This document shows, piece by piece, positions 62,433 to 64,000 of a stretch of 64,000 bases of DNA. Where the stretch lies: NCBI GenBank assembly GCA_022616535.1, contig JAKEEM010000009.1:11353-75352 (forward strand), in the 5' to 3' direction. The translations under genes were made by a program, and so were the position numbers. The notes under the pieces were generated by a model. The model was given only the letters and a program-made list of their open reading frames with translations, did no database searches and had not been told where the DNA came from. How positions within the stretch are numbered: position 1 is the first letter of the stretch; each line of letters begins with the position of its first letter. This DNA is from Chlorobiota bacterium. Lineage in GTDB: Bacteria > Bacteroidota > Ignavibacteria > Tepidaquicellales > OLB5.

Positions 62433-64000
62433 ATGAGTAATTTTAAAAATTATATAATATTAGTTTTAACGCCGCTGTTTTTGTATTTCACTATCTCGCC
62501 GTCTGAAAAGAATCCCAAGATTACAGCAGGTGAAATAATCGAGCATATAAAGTACCTCTCAAGCGATGAGCTTGCCGGCAGATTTCCAGGAACTTTAGGT
62601 GATTCTCTGACAGAAACATATATAATAAAAGAGCTCAAATCATACAAAGTAAAACCTGCAGGAGAAGATGGATACAAGCAGCCGTTTTCCTTTACAAGCG
62701 AAATAAAGCTCGGTGAAAATAATAGGCTCGTTCTCGGCGGCTCAACAGCAAAAGCGGGTGAGGATTTTACTCCCGTTTACCTTTCATCCAACGGTTCAGC
62801 AGGCGGAAGCATTGTTTTTGTGGGCTACGGCATTAACGCATCCGAGCTTAATTATAACGACTATTCCGGCATTGACCTTAAAGGCAAAATTGCTTTGATG
62901 TTACTGCATTCGCCCGGGTATAATAATCCCCATGACAATCCCTTCGGCAAGTATGAAATTCTGCGGACAAAATGCAGTGTAGCAAAAGAGCAGGGCGCAG
63001 TTGGCATAATCGTAGTTAAAGGACCCGAAAGCGGCGAAGATGAATTAATGAAGCTTAGGGTGCTCGGACAGGGTGAAAATATCGGTATTCCCGTTATTAA
63101 CGTTAAAAGAACATTCGTCGAAAATTTGTTCAATGCTTCAGGAAAGGATATTCAAGCCGTGCAGAAAGAAATCGACAGCTTAAGGACTACGAAATCGTTT
63201 GAATTTAACGCCTCTTGCGACTTTACCGCCGACCTTATATATGTTAAGTCGAACACTGCTAACATAATCGGTTTTCTCGAAGGCAATGACCCAAAACTTA
63301 AAAATGAAGTTGTCATTTTAGGCGCTCATATGGACCACCTTGGCGACGGGATGAAATACGGCTCGCTTTATGAAAAGCATACACCCGAAATACATAACGG
63401 GGCTGATGATAATGCCTCCGGCACTGCGGGTGTGCTTGAGCTAGCAGAGTATTTTGCTTCAAAGAAGAAAGATTTAAAAAGAAGCATTTTATTTATGTGG
63501 TTCAGCGGGGAGGAAGCCGGAACAATCGGCTCGCTTTACTTTACAAAAAGCGATATGTTTAAAAGATATAATTTCACATCAATGATAAATCTGGATATGA
63601 TTGGACGGCTGAACGAAAATAAGCTGACAATCGGCGGTACAGGGACATCATCGATTTGGGTTCCGCTTTTAGATTCGCTTAATAAGTCATACGGCTTTAC
63701 CTCCGTTTACAATAAGGACGGCTATGGCCCGAGCGACCATGCCAGCTTCTACGCAAAAGATATGCCTGTTTTGTTTTTCTTTACTGGACTGCATAAGCAA
63801 TACCACAGGCCGGATGATGACTGGGAGCTTATTAATTCCGAAGGAACCGCTAAGGTTGTCAATATGGTAGCGGATATTGTAAGCTATGTTGATAAGATGC
63901 CTTCAAAGATGGATTTTGTAAAAGTGCAGACGGAAAAGAAGGAAACCAACATGGGTTTCCGTGTTACACTGGGTATTATTCCTGATTATTCATCGACAAA
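62433..64000 (+). CDS. M28 family metallopeptidase with PA domain (3' end lies outside the window)
   Basis: Missing from the ORF track because there is no stop in the window. My translation from ATG 62433 stays open to 64000 and contains GAHMDHLG, GADDNASG, FSGEEAG, LDMIG and PSDH, the M28 zinc-ligand motifs. Confidence 0.8.
   Translation, partial: MSNFKNYIILVLTPLFLYFTISPSEKNPKITAGEIIEHIKYLSSDELAGRFPGTLGDSLTETYIIKELKSYKVKPAGEDGYKQPFSFTSEIKLGENNRLVLGGSTAKAGEDFTPVYLSSNGSAGGSIVFVGYGINASELNYNDYSGIDLKGKIALMLLHSPGYNNPHDNPFGKYEILRTKCSVAKEQGAVGIIVVKGPESGEDELMKLRVLGQGENIGIPVINVKRTFVENLFNASGKDIQAVQKEIDSLRTTKSFEFNASCDFTADLIYVKSNTANIIGFLEGNDPKLKNEVVILGAHMDHLGDGMKYGSLYEKHTPEIHNGADDNASGTAGVLELAEYFASKKKDLKRSILFMWFSGEEAGTIGSLYFTKSDMFKRYNFTSMINLDMIGRLNENKLTIGGTGTSSIWVPLLDSLNKSYGFTSVYNKDGYGPSDHASFYAKDMPVLFFFTGLHKQYHRPDDDWELINSEGTAKVVNMVADIVSYVDKMPSKMDFVKVQTEKKETNMGFRVTLGIIPDYSST

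Noticed and set aside
62450-63133. Track ORFs 62450-62677(-), 62713-62898(+) and 62861-63133(-)
   Set aside because: All are overlapped by the long open frame from ATG 62433 to the window end, which carries M28 peptidase zinc-ligand motifs. The track omitted that frame only because it has no stop in the window.

Overview
AT-rich chromosomal segment from an FCB-group bacterium (Ignavibacteria/Bacteroidota-like). Support for that placement: eight proteins end in a T9SS C-terminal sorting domain (NYPNPFNP...YFY...KKMVLVK), and many genes are preceded by a Bacteroidetes-type TAnnTTTG -7 promoter motif. Housekeeping genes include prs, metG, folP, relA/spoT, a cyclophilin fusion and a BI-1/YccA protein. 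There is also an LPS-core/O-antigen cluster, a variant System I cytochrome c maturation operon, and a small ArsR-SRPBCC-DoxX-DUF4256-PaiB islet next to tRNA-Asp. The largest block is a low-oxygen respiration cluster (about 35.3-52.6 kb): two Crp/Fnr regulators, Usp, a hemerythrin-like protein, TonB, a ferredoxin, then TauE-like/FixH/CcoG/NirK-like and CcoP/CcoQ/CcoNO/PLP enzyme/CcoS/CcoI. I found no CRISPR array, transposase, integrase or recognisable defence system. Main leads: (1) a TGAy-N4-rTCA (FNR/CRP-type) box repeated 21-23 nt upstream of TAnnTTTG motifs, defining a local regulon; one copy drives an orphan promoter-terminator unit that may be an ~90-nt sRNA. (2) A NirK-like protein fused to an amicyanin-like cupredoxin and a C-terminal TM anchor, which seems to lack the catalytic Asp. 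(3) Single-nucleotide frame breaks in both the nirK-like gene and ccoNO. (4) A GIY-YIG gene sitting between tRNA-Asp and a partial duplicate of that tRNA's 3' half. (5) A CxxxY-type CcmE. (6) Four tandem T9SS-sorted PQQ-type sugar dehydrogenase paralogs with a mosaic, gene-conversion-like identity pattern. (7) A 1-kb non-coding region packed with REP-like GC hairpins and GTGAGATA inverted-repeat modules. All calls come from reading the sequence by eye; no database searches were run.
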